Below, piece by piece: positions 22,818 to 32,495 of a stretch of 64,000 nt of DNA; the stretch's first letter is position 1, and each line of letters starts with the position of its first letter. The translations under genes and the position numbers were made by a program. The notes under the pieces are model-generated. The model made no database searches, had not been told where the DNA came from, and worked only from the letters and a program-made list of their open reading frames with translations. The stretch lies in assembly GCA_040755995.1 (NCBI GenBank), contig JBFMAF010000036.1, positions 1 through 64,000 of the forward strand, written 5' to 3'. Source of the DNA: Acidobacteriota bacterium (GTDB lineage Bacteria; Acidobacteriota; CAIWXX01).

Positions 22818-24803
22818 TCAGTGAGACGCGGAAAAAGGTCGACGTGGGCTCTTGTGGATCAGCCTGAACACGCCTGCGTCTGTGGCAGCGTATACAGCAC
22901 GCGGCGCTGCCTCGCTGACGGCCAGCAGTCTCACATTCATCGCAGCGGATCCTGCGAGCCCGCTGTTGATGGCTCGCCAGGTCGTGCCGGCGTCCGTGCT
23001 CTGATATACACCATGATTGGCGGTCCCGGCATATACGATGTTACTTGCCGTCGGTGATACCAGCACACACGTTACAGACTGCCCTGCCATCACAGCTCTC
23101 CAGCTCTGACCACCATCGGTGCTCTTCCAGAGCTTCCTTGGCAATTGACTTTGCTGGCAAACGTAGAGGGTGTCGGGGCGTGAAGCGTCGAGGGCGACGG
23201 TCCACTCGTAGAGGTAGGCCCCGCCCCCGATCGTGCACTGCCACGCGGAGCCCCCGTCCGTGCTCTTCCAGACGCACCCGCTCCGCGAATTAGCGGCATA
23301 AAGAACCGAGGGCGCGGTCGGGTTGATAATGATACCTTCAATGGAGCCCCACCCCTCGCCGAAGTCGCTGCATTTCCTCCAGCTCTCCCCTCCGTTCGTG
23401 GTCTTGTAGACTTCATCGTTGCCGCCGTACATTGTTTGGGGGCACGTTGGGTCAAACAGCAGCGGAATGAATGCTCTCGAGAAGTGCGTCCAGCTGACAC
23501 CGTCATCCGTGCTCTTGTATGTCCCGACGTCCCAGAGGCCGCTGCCGTAGACCGTCGTCGGCTTGTTGGGATCCACGGCTGCATAGGTGAGCCTGCTGGT
23601 GAGTCCGATGGAGGTGCTCCAAGAGACTCCGCGGTCTGTGGTCTTGAAGAGGCCGCCGTAGCTCCCACCGGCATAGATCGTATCGGCGCGCAAGGGGTCA
23701 ACCGCGAGAGTGGACACGCTGTTCTCACGAATTCCCGTACCAGCCAGGCTCCAGCTCACCCCGGCGTCCGTACTCTTGAAGACCCCCAGTCTTGTCCCGG
23801 CGTAGATTGTCCCCGCGACACAGGGATCAGTCACGATCCGACAGATGAAACCGTCGGGCAGTCCCTTGAGGCGGGCCCAGGTCCTACCGCCGTTCCTGGT
23901 GACGAATGCGCCGAACGCGCCTCCTGCCGCATATACCAGTTGTGGGGAGGTCGGGTCGATGGTCAGATGCCGAACATCCGCCTTTATCAAGCCAGTACCC
24001 GCCTCGCTCCACGTAGTCCCCGCGTCAGTGCTCTTCAATACGCCGCCCTTGAGTGTCCCAAAGTAGCTGGCGTAGACGATATCGTTTCTAGCAGCAGTGA
24101 CGCACAGATCGCTTAGCACCGCCAGGTAGGGCAGTTTCAAATTGCGGCCAGCCCAAGTTGCTCCCCCATTCGTGCTCTTGAACAGCAGGTTGGACCTGAG
24201 TGCCGCATACAACACAGCGGGGGCAACCGGATCGACGGTCAAAGCCAAGACCTGTCGCTCCTCAGGGGTCAGGCCGCCCGTTCTGGACCACGATCGGCCC
24301 CCATCGGTGCTCTTGAGGACCCCCTGTGAATCCGTCCCCGCGTACAGCGTGGTCGAGGTCTCCGTGTCAATCGCGAGGCACTCTACACGCGTAGTATCAT
24401 CGCCCAGTACTTTCTTCCGGCTGCTACCACCATCTATGCTCTTCCATAAGACCCCGAACTCAATGGCATACAGGATATCGGCCACAAGGGGATCAACCAG
24501 CAATGCCTGGGGCGACAGTCGCCGCTGTGCCGCCCTTCTCCACGACGAGGCTCCATCCGTTGTCCGGTACAAATGATAGTTCCCCGTTGCCACATAAAGA
24601 CGAGTGGGTTTGGAGGCGGCGATTGCCATGTCGTCGATGTACCCGCCATCAGGGCCGATATACGACCAGGCCATTGACTGGGAGGATCTACCCTGCGCCT
24701 CGCGTGACACCCCGCCGATGATCGCCAGCAGCACCACCAACAGCGCCCACATTCCGTCCCGCCGATGCAGCGCGTCTATCCTACCGACTGTCGAGCCTTT
24801 CAT
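22818..24803 (-). CDS. Secreted BNR/Asp-box beta-propeller protein (VPS10-like)
   Basis: Many KSTDGGxSW Asp-boxes with DP...LYAG repeats; signal peptide. Confidence 0.9.
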   Translation of the reverse strand: MKGSTVGRIDALHRRDGMWALLVVLLAIIGGVSREAQGRSSQSMAWSYIGPDGGYIDDMAIAASKPTRLYVATGNYHLYRTTDGASSWRRAAQRRLSPQALLVDPLVADILYAIEFGVLWKSIDGGSSRKKVLGDDTTRVECLAIDTETSTTLYAGTDSQGVLKSTDGGRSWSRTGGLTPEERQVLALTVDPVAPAVLYAALRSNLLFKSTNGGATWAGRNLKLPYLAVLSDLCVTAARNDIVYASYFGTLKGGVLKSTDAGTTWSEAGTGLIKADVRHLTIDPTSPQLVYAAGGAFGAFVTRNGGRTWARLKGLPDGFICRIVTDPCVAGTIYAGTRLGVFKSTDAGVSWSLAGTGIRENSVSTLAVDPLRADTIYAGGSYGGLFKTTDRGVSWSTSIGLTSRLTYAAVDPNKPTTVYGSGLWDVGTYKSTDDGVSWTHFSRAFIPLLFDPTCPQTMYGGNDEVYKTTNGGESWRKCSDFGEGWGSIEGIIINPTAPSVLYAANSRSGCVWKSTDGGSAWQCTIGGGAYLYEWTVALDASRPDTLYVCQQSQLPRKLWKSTDGGQSWRAVMAGQSVTCVLVSPTASNIVYAGTANHGVYQSTDAGTTWRAINSGLAGSAAMNVRLLAVSEAAPRAVYAATDAGVFRLIHKSPRRPFSASH

Positions 24804-24962
24804 CCCTGAATCCGCATGGGTGACGCCATCCGTACAACGAAACTATCCCTTGCCTGTCTGCCTGTCAACGTGCCCCGCACAGCGCTCGCCTGCGGCCTGC
24901 AGAAATCCCGCCAGGGACCTGCTAGCATTATATGGGGGCAGGCGAGGCTAGTGTGGTGATGT

Positions 24963-25982
24963 ATGAAGAGGACTCTGAAAGTGGCCCTGATGAGGACCGC
25001 TGTTGTGCTCGCTCTCGCGCTCGTCGTCGTCAGGAAGGAGGCATGGATGAGCCCACCCACCGGGAAGAACCAAGAAGAGCTCAAGACGCGGCTCACGCCG
25101 TTGCAATATCGGGTAACTCAGCAGTGCGGCACCGAGCCGCCGTTCAAGAACGCATACTGGAACAATCACGAGGACGGCATCTACGTGGACGTCGTCTCGG
25201 GCGAACCGCTTTTTTCGTCGAAGGACAAGTTCGACTCGGGCACTGGCTGGCCGAGCTTCACGCAGCCGCTGGAGCAGGAGAACGTTACGACCAAGGAGGA
25301 TCGCAGCCTGCTGATGGAACGTGTGGAGGTGCGATCGAAGCAGGCCGATTCACATCTCGGCCACGTCTTCGACGACGGCCCCGCGCCGACTGGCCAGCGC
25401 TACTGCATCAACTCGGCCTCGCTGCGTTTCATTCCGGTGTCGAAGCTGGTCGAAGAGGGCTACGGCCAGTATCTCTCCCTGTTTGAGACGCCGGGGAAGA
25501 CGCAGGTGGCCACATTCGCGGCTGGCTGCTTCTGGGGGGTTGAGCAGTATTTCTCCAAGTTGCCAGGGGTGGTGCGCACCCGCGTGGGATACACGGGCGG
25601 CACTCTAGAGAACCCGACCTACGAGGACGTCTGCACGGACCGCACCGGACATGCCGAGGCCATCGAGATCGTGTACGATCCCGCCAAGATAAGCTACGAC
25701 CAGCTGCTCGACCATTTCTGGAAGATGCACGACCCGACCACACCCAACCGGCAGGGTCCGGACGTGGGCACGCAGTACCGGTCGGTGGTGTTCTACTACA
25801 GCGAGGAGCAGAGGAAGGCAGCCGAGGCCTTTAAGGACCGGCTGCAGAAGTCAGGCCGTCTTGGCCGCCCCATCGTGACGCAAATCGTGCCTGCTGCCGA
25901 CTTCTACCCGGCCGAGGAGTACCATCAGAAGTACTACGCTAAGCGTGGGGGAGGCTACTGCGCAACTCCGCCGACACGATGA
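24963..25982 (+). CDS. msrAB: Bifunctional methionine sulfoxide reductase, MsrB-MsrA order, N-terminal export/anchor segment
   Basis: [23 protein letters not shown] (MsrB); [14 protein letters not shown] (MsrA). Confidence 0.95.
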   Translation: MKRTLKVALMRTAVVLALALVVVRKEAWMSPPTGKNQEELKTRLTPLQYRVTQQCGTEPPFKNAYWNNHEDGIYVDVVSGEPLFSSKDKFDSGTGWPSFTQPLEQENVTTKEDRSLLMERVEVRSKQADSHLGHVFDDGPAPTGQRYCINSASLRFIPVSKLVEEGYGQYLSLFETPGKTQVATFAAGCFWGVEQYFSKLPGVVRTRVGYTGGTLENPTYEDVCTDRTGHAEAIEIVYDPAKISYDQLLDHFWKMHDPTTPNRQGPDVGTQYRSVVFYYSEEQRKAAEAFKDRLQKSGRLGRPIVTQIVPAADFYPAEEYHQKYYAKRGGGYCATPPTR

Positions 25983-26030
25983 CGCGGTGACCCCTGACGC
26001 GGAGAGTGGGAGCTCTTCTCCGCGTCCGTC
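25972..26030. repeat. Octamer-repeat hairpin between convergent genes
   Basis: gacgcggaga ... tctccgcgtc inverted pair preceded by gacacgat gacgcggt. Confidence 0.6.
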
Positions 26031-26077
26031 GCCAGACGCTGCGGCTCCCCTTCCTCTGGATGGATGCGCTGTGCCGC

Positions 26078-27892
26078 CTACTCCCATTCTATGGTGCCCG
26101 GGGGCTTGGTGGTCACGTCGAGGGCCGCGCCGCAAACTCCGGGCAGGGCGAGGAGGGCGAGCTGGAGCTCGTGGAGGAGCGGAGCTGGTAACAGGGCGGG
26201 GCGCGCCGTCATCGCTCTTTCCGACAGGACCGGGCGAACGACGACCAGCTCGCGCCCGGCTCCGTCGAGCTCGATCGGGACTAGCACGGTAGGGCACTGC
26301 CAGACGACACGATACAGGCCGTGGCGGCGCAGGCCGTCCATGACGATTGCATCGGCCTCGCGCAGCAGGTCGAGCCTTTCCCGAGTGACTGCCGCAGCGC
26401 GGGGCGCTGCCCGTGCGAAGCCCCTATCAGACAGGTCGACCACGCACCGATTGACGCCCGGGATCTCCTGGTAGATCCGCGCCGCGAGAGCCTCGACCTT
26501 GTCCATCGGCACATCTCCCCACAGCATCACCGGCTGCTCGTATGATCTCAGGTCCGCCTTCACACCGACGGACTTGACTGGGAGGAGCGCGCCGTGAACC
26601 CCGGCGTCGCGCACGAGCCACTCCAGCGCCTCTCTGGCGCCGGGCGCTTCCTGCGGGCCGGTGCCATCCGAGCATAGCAGGCGGATACCCAGGCCGGGCC
26701 CGGGGAATGGGTGGCGCCAGACGAGGGACTCGGGCAGCCCGAGCTGCTCCCCGAGTTCCCTCACTTCCACCTTGTACAGCTCCGCCAGCGGCTCCACCAC
26801 CAGCCCGCGCGCGATCATCTCCTGCAGCTTCGGGATGCGATTGTGGTGGGTCTTGATTACGTCCGCGCGCTTCGTTCCGCCAGTCTCGATCGTGTCGGGG
26901 TAGATCGTCCCCTGGGCCAGGAGGCAGTCGCCGAGATCGAGGTGAGAGGCTGCATCCTCGAATACGGACACGAACTTCTCGCCTATGATCTTGCGCTTCA
27001 CCTCGGGGTCGGTGACTCCTTCTAGCGCCCCCAAGAACCGCCCGCTCGCATCCACGAAGTGCAGGTTCTTGTCCATTCCGCGTCTTTCGAACTCACCGAT
27101 CACCTCGGCACTCTCGTTCTTCCTCATCAGCCCGTTGTCGATGTGAAGCAGGTGGACGCGATCAGGCCCGAGCGCCCTGCCTAGCAGGACTGCGCAGACG
27201 GTCGAATCGACTCCGCCGGACGCAAGCAGGAACACCGGCCGATCCTTCGCCTGCCGCCTGATCCGATCGACCTCCTCCTCGCCGAACGACGCCATGTCCC
27301 AGTCCCGCCGGCAGCCGCAGATGTCGGCGACGAAGTTCTGCAGCATGAGGTCGCCGTGCACCGTATCGTCCACTTCGGGATGGAATTGGAATCCGTAGCG
27401 GCGCAGCGCATCGGATGCGATGGCCGCGTTCGAGTGCGGCGGACCGCCTTCGGCAGTCGACACGCCGATCTCGGCGAATCCCGGCGGCAAGACCGTCACG
27501 GTGTCGCCATGGCTCATCCACACCGTTTCCTGGGGCTGGAGCCCGTTGAAGATCGGGCTGGCGCCCCTGACATGAAGCGTGGCGGGACCGTATTCCCGCT
27601 GCGTGTGTTCGACCTCTCCGCCGTACTGCTTCGCGATCTCCTGATGGCCGAAGCAGAATCCGAGGATCGGAATGGGCAGCTCGTAGATCCGCTTGTCGTA
27701 CCCGCTGTCCTCGTCATAAGCGGAAAGCGACGGACTCCCGGAGAGTATGATCCCCTTGTACCCGGCGAACTTCTCAACCGCGTCCTCCGGTTGAAGTATC
27801 TCTGCCAGCACCCGGAGCCTCCGCACCTTCGTGGCAATGAGATGGGCATACTGCCCCCCGAAGTCCACCACCGCGATCTTGTCGTGAGCCAT
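26078..27892 (-). CDS. guaA: GMP synthase (glutamine-hydrolysing), long form
   Basis: DFGGQYAHLI, GFCFGHQ, QFHPEV, SGGVDS, IKTHHN, RHPFPGPGL, KPPGTIEWE. Confidence 0.96.
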   Translation of the reverse strand: MAHDKIAVVDFGGQYAHLIATKVRRLRVLAEILQPEDAVEKFAGYKGIILSGSPSLSAYDEDSGYDKRIYELPIPILGFCFGHQEIAKQYGGEVEHTQREYGPATLHVRGASPIFNGLQPQETVWMSHGDTVTVLPPGFAEIGVSTAEGGPPHSNAAIASDALRRYGFQFHPEVDDTVHGDLMLQNFVADICGCRRDWDMASFGEEEVDRIRRQAKDRPVFLLASGGVDSTVCAVLLGRALGPDRVHLLHIDNGLMRKNESAEVIGEFERRGMDKNLHFVDASGRFLGALEGVTDPEVKRKIIGEKFVSVFEDAASHLDLGDCLLAQGTIYPDTIETGGTKRADVIKTHHNRIPKLQEMIARGLVVEPLAELYKVEVRELGEQLGLPESLVWRHPFPGPGLGIRLLCSDGTGPQEAPGAREALEWLVRDAGVHGALLPVKSVGVKADLRSYEQPVMLWGDVPMDKVEALAARIYQEIPGVNRCVVDLSDRGFARAAPRAAAVTRERLDLLREADAIVMDGLRRHGLYRVVWQCPTVLVPIELDGAGRELVVVRPVLSERAMTARPALLPAPLLHELQLALLALPGVCGAALDVTTKPPGTIEWE

Positions 27893-27994
27893 GAATACTC
27901 CTCTGCCATGTGGCGGTCCCCTGACTACAACCACCGGGACCGGCGAATCTTAGCACAGGCGCGGCCTCACTCGGAGGGGCACGATCGACCAGGA

Positions 27995-28432
27995 CTACTG
28001 AGCGGCGTCCGGGGCCCTCCATTCGATCAGCCGATCCAGGACCAGCCCGAAGAACCCGTCGGATGCCGACTGGAAGAACCAGCCGAGATGAGAAACGCAG
28101 CCGGTGCAGAAGGCGTAAACCCATGCGTACGAAGGAAACCACGTGTACTCGATGGTCGGCATCCCATGGATCACGCAGCCCTCAGCGGCTGAGAAGCAGC
28201 CGATGTCGAATACGAAGCCAGCCGGGTTTTGAAACGTGTGCTCGTGCGAGCCGCTTACGCTGATGACATGACTGGGCGAAGTGATTGGGATCCCGCACAT
28301 CTTGCAGAGAAACAGATGCTTCTCGTCGCCCATGCCCTCGCGCTCGCGCTTCTCGATGTCAGTGAGAACGACCTGCATGGGCTGGCGGCGCAGCAGTGAC
28401 AGCGACGGCGCCTCGGTATCGGGCAGTTGCAT
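27995..28432 (-). CDS. Cereblon-family (CULT domain) protein
   Basis: CKMC...HTFQNPAG...YTWFPSYAW...CTGC...HLGWFF: Zn ligands and three-Trp cage; start uncertain. Confidence 0.9.
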   Translation of the reverse strand: MQLPDTEAPSLSLLRRQPMQVVLTDIEKREREGMGDEKHLFLCKMCGIPITSPSHVISVSGSHEHTFQNPAGFVFDIGCFSAAEGCVIHGMPTIEYTWFPSYAWVYAFCTGCVSHLGWFFQSASDGFFGLVLDRLIEWRAPDAAQ

Positions 28433-28577
28433 CCGAACGCCCACCTGGAACTCTCTTGTGTTTTCGCTCGCGACCCGTTCATCTGAACTATACTGCCCGG
28501 AGCTCGTATGTTCAACACGTGGCCATACGTTGCAATCTACTGCGATCTCCAGTCCGGCACTCGGAAAGGAGTTGTGA

Positions 28578-29831
28578 ATGATTCCACGCCGTACGTTCTT
28601 GACCCTCAGCGGTCTCTCTTTCGCAGCCACCGGTTTCGTGCGGCGTCTTCTCGCGCAGGAAGCGCCGCAGACGCAGGAGAAGATCGAGAACCTCGTCGCG
28701 GGTGTCAAACCCCTCGAGCGTGACGACTACGCAGCTCGGGCCGAGAAGGCCCGGCGCCTTCTGAGTGACAACAACATGGACGGGCTGTTTCTGATCGGCG
28801 GCACCGACATGCTGTACTTCACCGGGCTGAACATGTGGGTGAGCGAGCGACTGTCGGGTGTAGTGCTCAATCGCAAGCGGAGCCCGATCTGGGTTATCCC
28901 GGCCTTCGAGCTGGAGAGGGAGAAGGAGAGGATCCCGACCGGTGACGAGATACGCACGTGGGAGGAGCATGAGAGCCCATACGCTGTCGTCGCTGGAATC
29001 ATGCGCGACCTTGGAGCGCCTGGCGGGCGGCTTGCTCTGGGACCCGCCGTACGCAGCTTCATGTTCTTCCGCCTCCGGCAGGACGCCGAGAGGCTGGAGC
29101 TCGTCGACGGTTTGCCGGTGACGCAAGGGTGTCGCGCCGTGAAGAGCGAGAAGGAGATCGCATTCATGGACCTGGCCAACAAGATCACCAAGCACGCTTA
29201 CCGCGAGGCGTTCAGTCAGCTGAGGGAGGGGATGAGGCCGGAGGAGCTGGATGGGGCCATCGAGGCCGCGCACAAGCAGATAGGTGTGGACGGCGGCTCG
29301 GGCGCGCAGTTCGCGCAGAGCACTGCATTCCCGCATGGGTCGAAGGTCGAAAGAACTTTGCGCCCGGGAGACGTGATAATGGTGGACGGCGGGTGCGCAG
29401 TCGAGGGATACCACGCGGATGTGACCAGGACTATCGTGTTCGGCGAACCCAAGCCCGCGCAACGCGCACTCTGGGAGATCGTGCGGCGGGCCCAGGTCGC
29501 TGCGTTGAGAGCGGCGCGGCCGGGTGTGCCATGCGACCAGGTGGACGCCGCGGCGCGCAAGGTTATCGATGATGCAGGGTACGGGCCGGGCTACAAGCAC
29601 TTCGCTCACCGCCTGGGCCACGGGATCGGCCTGGATGGCCACGAGTACCCGTACCTGGTGAAGGGCAACTTGTTGAAGCTCGAGCCGGGAATGACGTTCA
29701 GCGACGAGCCCGGGATCTACACGTACGGCGAATACGGAGTCAGAATCGAGGACTGTTTCGTCGTGACGGAGGACGGCGGACGCGTGCTCGGAGGCATGGA
29801 GGCCACGGCAATGGACCGTCCGTTCGAGTAG
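28578..29831 (+). CDS. Tat-exported M24 Xaa-Pro peptidase
   Basis: PRRTFL Tat motif; PHG, DGG, DVTRT, HRLGHGIG..HE, EPGIY, RIED. Confidence 0.93.
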   Translation: MIPRRTFLTLSGLSFAATGFVRRLLAQEAPQTQEKIENLVAGVKPLERDDYAARAEKARRLLSDNNMDGLFLIGGTDMLYFTGLNMWVSERLSGVVLNRKRSPIWVIPAFELEREKERIPTGDEIRTWEEHESPYAVVAGIMRDLGAPGGRLALGPAVRSFMFFRLRQDAERLELVDGLPVTQGCRAVKSEKEIAFMDLANKITKHAYREAFSQLREGMRPEELDGAIEAAHKQIGVDGGSGAQFAQSTAFPHGSKVERTLRPGDVIMVDGGCAVEGYHADVTRTIVFGEPKPAQRALWEIVRRAQVAALRAARPGVPCDQVDAAARKVIDDAGYGPGYKHFAHRLGHGIGLDGHEYPYLVKGNLLKLEPGMTFSDEPGIYTYGEYGVRIEDCFVVTEDGGRVLGGMEATAMDRPFE

Positions 29832-29840
29832 TCTTCTGAC

Positions 29841-30563
29841 TCAACACTTCTCCAGCACGTAGATGACCCAGGGCGCGATCCGCGTCTCGTTGACCCAAGC
29901 GTAGGGCTCGTCCTCTCGCGCGAGCGGTCTGTATACCGCGACCACTTCCAGCCCGGCCCGCTTGTAAGCCTGCCGGTAGTCCTCATCCGAGCAGACGACG
30001 TCTTCCGTGGGCCGCGAGTCATCCAGGTCAGTCACTACTATCCTGACCATGTCCCCGCTTCTTGCGCTTCGGTTCTCCGGGAAATCCCTGGTGGAGAATG
30101 ATGCCCACTCGTGCGTGTAGATCTCCGGAGATGAGACGAGACTGACGAACACTCCGCCATCGGTCAGAACCCTTCGGATTTCCTGAAGAATCCTGATCTT
30201 CTTCTCCATCGTCGGCACGTTGTCGAATGTGAACGCCGAAAGGACGAGGTCGAAGGAACGGCCGTTCAGCTGACCGAGGTCTCCGTCTCCAACGAGGCGG
30301 TAGTCTCCTTGCGGATCGATCTCTCGCGCCCTTGCGAGCATGTCGCTGGCGATATCGACACCGACGGCGTCGAAGCCGCAGCGCGTCAGAAACCGTGTGG
30401 ATCGCCCAGTGCCGCATCCGAAGTCCAGGGCCTTCATACCCCTCGCATGCTTCGAGAGGATCTCGGGCAGGTCCCTGTACGCCAGATAATACGTGCCCGG
30501 GAAATCGAGACGCGCGTACGCATCGGCGCGCCTGGCGTCCTCGTAACAATTCGTGAATTCCAT
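29841..30563 (-). CDS. Class I SAM-dependent methyltransferase
   Basis: LDFGCGTG, GVD, SFDLV; RBS GGAGGT. Confidence 0.9.
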   Translation of the reverse strand: MEFTNCYEDARRADAYARLDFPGTYYLAYRDLPEILSKHARGMKALDFGCGTGRSTRFLTRCGFDAVGVDIASDMLARAREIDPQGDYRLVGDGDLGQLNGRSFDLVLSAFTFDNVPTMEKKIRILQEIRRVLTDGGVFVSLVSSPEIYTHEWASFSTRDFPENRSARSGDMVRIVVTDLDDSRPTEDVVCSDEDYRQAYKRAGLEVVAVYRPLAREDEPYAWVNETRIAPWVIYVLEKC

Positions 30564-30812
30564 GATCACCTCCCGGAACATCGTTCCAAAAGCCATCGTA
30601 GTCTCTTGCATCCAGGGTAAGGCCTGACCGGACCGTCGTCAACGACCAGTTTGTACGATTTCCGAACCAGCCAATTTTCGTCCGGCGAGGGCTCCAGCCC
30701 GCGCGAACTCCTTCGGGACCGAGCGCCAGCGCCCTTTGTCACCTCGCAGATTGCACGCTGCGGCACGATGATTCGAATTGACAACCACCCACTCGACTGC
30801 TATTTGTTGCTG

Positions 30813-31154
30813 ATGCGTCGCAGAGAGTGGTCTGGGATGATGGCAGTGGCTGCCGCGCTCTGTCTGATCTCGCTATTCGTGGACCTCAGCGCGAACGCCG
30901 AGTGCGATCTGCTGCCGATCTCCTCCGGTGCCGCAGGGATTCTGGGCCTCGACCATGCGGATGGCGCGAAGGATCCCTGTGCCGCAAGGTGCGTGCCCGA
31001 TTGCGCATGCTGCACGCCTTCGCTGGTGCCGGGAGGCCACGACCTGGACTGTGAACCCGAGCCCATCACGTCGGCGCTTCTCCATGCAGCAGGCAAACGG
31101 ACGCTGACGGGCGTGCCCCGGATCCCATACCGCCCACCAACTTCGCCTCTCTAG
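30813..31154 (+). CDS. Small Cys-rich exported protein upstream of czc
   Basis: Hydrophobic N-terminus, CxxxCxPDCxCC, C-terminal YRPP; TTGACA at 30778. Confidence 0.6.
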   Translation: MRRREWSGMMAVAAALCLISLFVDLSANAECDLLPISSGAAGILGLDHADGAKDPCAARCVPDCACCTPSLVPGGHDLDCEPEPITSALLHAAGKRTLTGVPRIPYRPPTSPL

Positions 31155-31235
31155 TCCTTCCGTCTCGGGAACCACCCGCATCGCGCTGCGGATGGTCTCA
31201 CCCGGAACTCGCAAGGGAATTGTCTTGGAGGAGTC

Positions 31236-32492
31236 ATGTTGCGTGGGTTTTCTTCGAAACTGTCTATTCTGGCCTCTGTGTTGATCGGAACGTCGACTGG
31301 GCTGTCCGCCGCAGAAGGGCCTTTGAGCATCGAGCAATACGTCGAGATCGTATTGCGATCGCACCCGGTCGTCTCTGCGATCAAGGCGACCGACGAGTCG
31401 GCCGCGGCCGAGCGCAAGGCGGCCCGGCTGATACCTGATCCCGTGATCGAGGTCTCGGGCGCTCGCGGCCGACTTACCGGTGAGGACGGAGCGCGTGGAA
31501 CTGAAGCAAGCTACTCTATCACCCAATCGATACCGTGGCCTCCCTCGTTTGCGGGTGCGATCCGGGCCGCGGATCGCGCGGCGGAGACTCTGCAGGCGGA
31601 GGGCGAGGAGGCGCGGTGGGAGCTGATGATCTCGGCGCGGCGAGCCTTCGCCAGCCTCCTCTACGCCCGAAACCTCGCCGAAATCGCCCGTTCGATCGAA
31701 GTCGACGCACTGTCGCTGAAAAATCTCACGGATCGCCGCGCCGAGCTCGGGGAGTCGCGTGAGGCCGAGAGAATCAGGACCACCGTCGAGTGGCTCCGCA
31801 GGCAGCGCGACGCGCTGGCGGCGGAGCGCCGGGCCGAGACGGCTGAACGGGCACTGCGGATTCTGGCGGTCGAGCCCCTTCCGCACCCACTCGTCATCTC
31901 CGGTGACCTGCCGGGCGGCCCGATACGAGAGGTGAGCGAGTACGTCATGCTCGATCGGCTCATGGCGCAGAACCCGCGACTTCGCGCGGCACGGTCCCAG
32001 GCGGCACAGCAGCAGGCACTTCTCTCGGCCGCACGCCGCGGGCGGGTCAAAGAACTTGATTTCGCTTTCTACAGAACCGAGGAGGTCGACAAGACCTCGA
32101 ACGGTTTCACGATCGGTCTGTCGATCCCGCTCTGGAATGCGAACCGCGGCGAGGTGAGCCGGGCGGCTGCCGCGGCCGCGCTGGCGGAGGCATCCGTGGG
32201 CCGAGCTCAGGTGGAGCTCCAGGCCGAGCTCGAATCCCGCCTGAACGACCTCGAAGTGACGGCGGGCCAAGTGGGGATCCTCCAGACAGAGATTATGCCG
32301 GCGGCGAAAAGGAGCGTCGAACTCGTGCGACTAGCGTACGAAGAGGGCGAAACATCGCTCCTCGACCTGCTCGACGCGCAACGCACGTTTCGCGAAACGC
32401 AGCGCGAAGAGCTCGATGCACGCTTCGCCCTGGGCTTGGCGATCGCAGACATCCAACTGCTGGTCGGCCCAGAGTTCGATCCGTGGAGATAG
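31236..32492 (+). CDS. czcC: TolC-family outer membrane factor (CzcC-like)
   Basis: Signal peptide, LSIPLWNANRG, YEEGETSLLDLLDAQR. Confidence 0.88.
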   Translation: MLRGFSSKLSILASVLIGTSTGLSAAEGPLSIEQYVEIVLRSHPVVSAIKATDESAAAERKAARLIPDPVIEVSGARGRLTGEDGARGTEASYSITQSIPWPPSFAGAIRAADRAAETLQAEGEEARWELMISARRAFASLLYARNLAEIARSIEVDALSLKNLTDRRAELGESREAERIRTTVEWLRRQRDALAAERRAETAERALRILAVEPLPHPLVISGDLPGGPIREVSEYVMLDRLMAQNPRLRAARSQAAQQQALLSAARRGRVKELDFAFYRTEEVDKTSNGFTIGLSIPLWNANRGEVSRAAAAAALAEASVGRAQVELQAELESRLNDLEVTAGQVGILQTEIMPAAKRSVELVRLAYEEGETSLLDLLDAQRTFRETQREELDARFALGLAIADIQLLVGPEFDPWR

Positions 32493-32495
32493 GAA

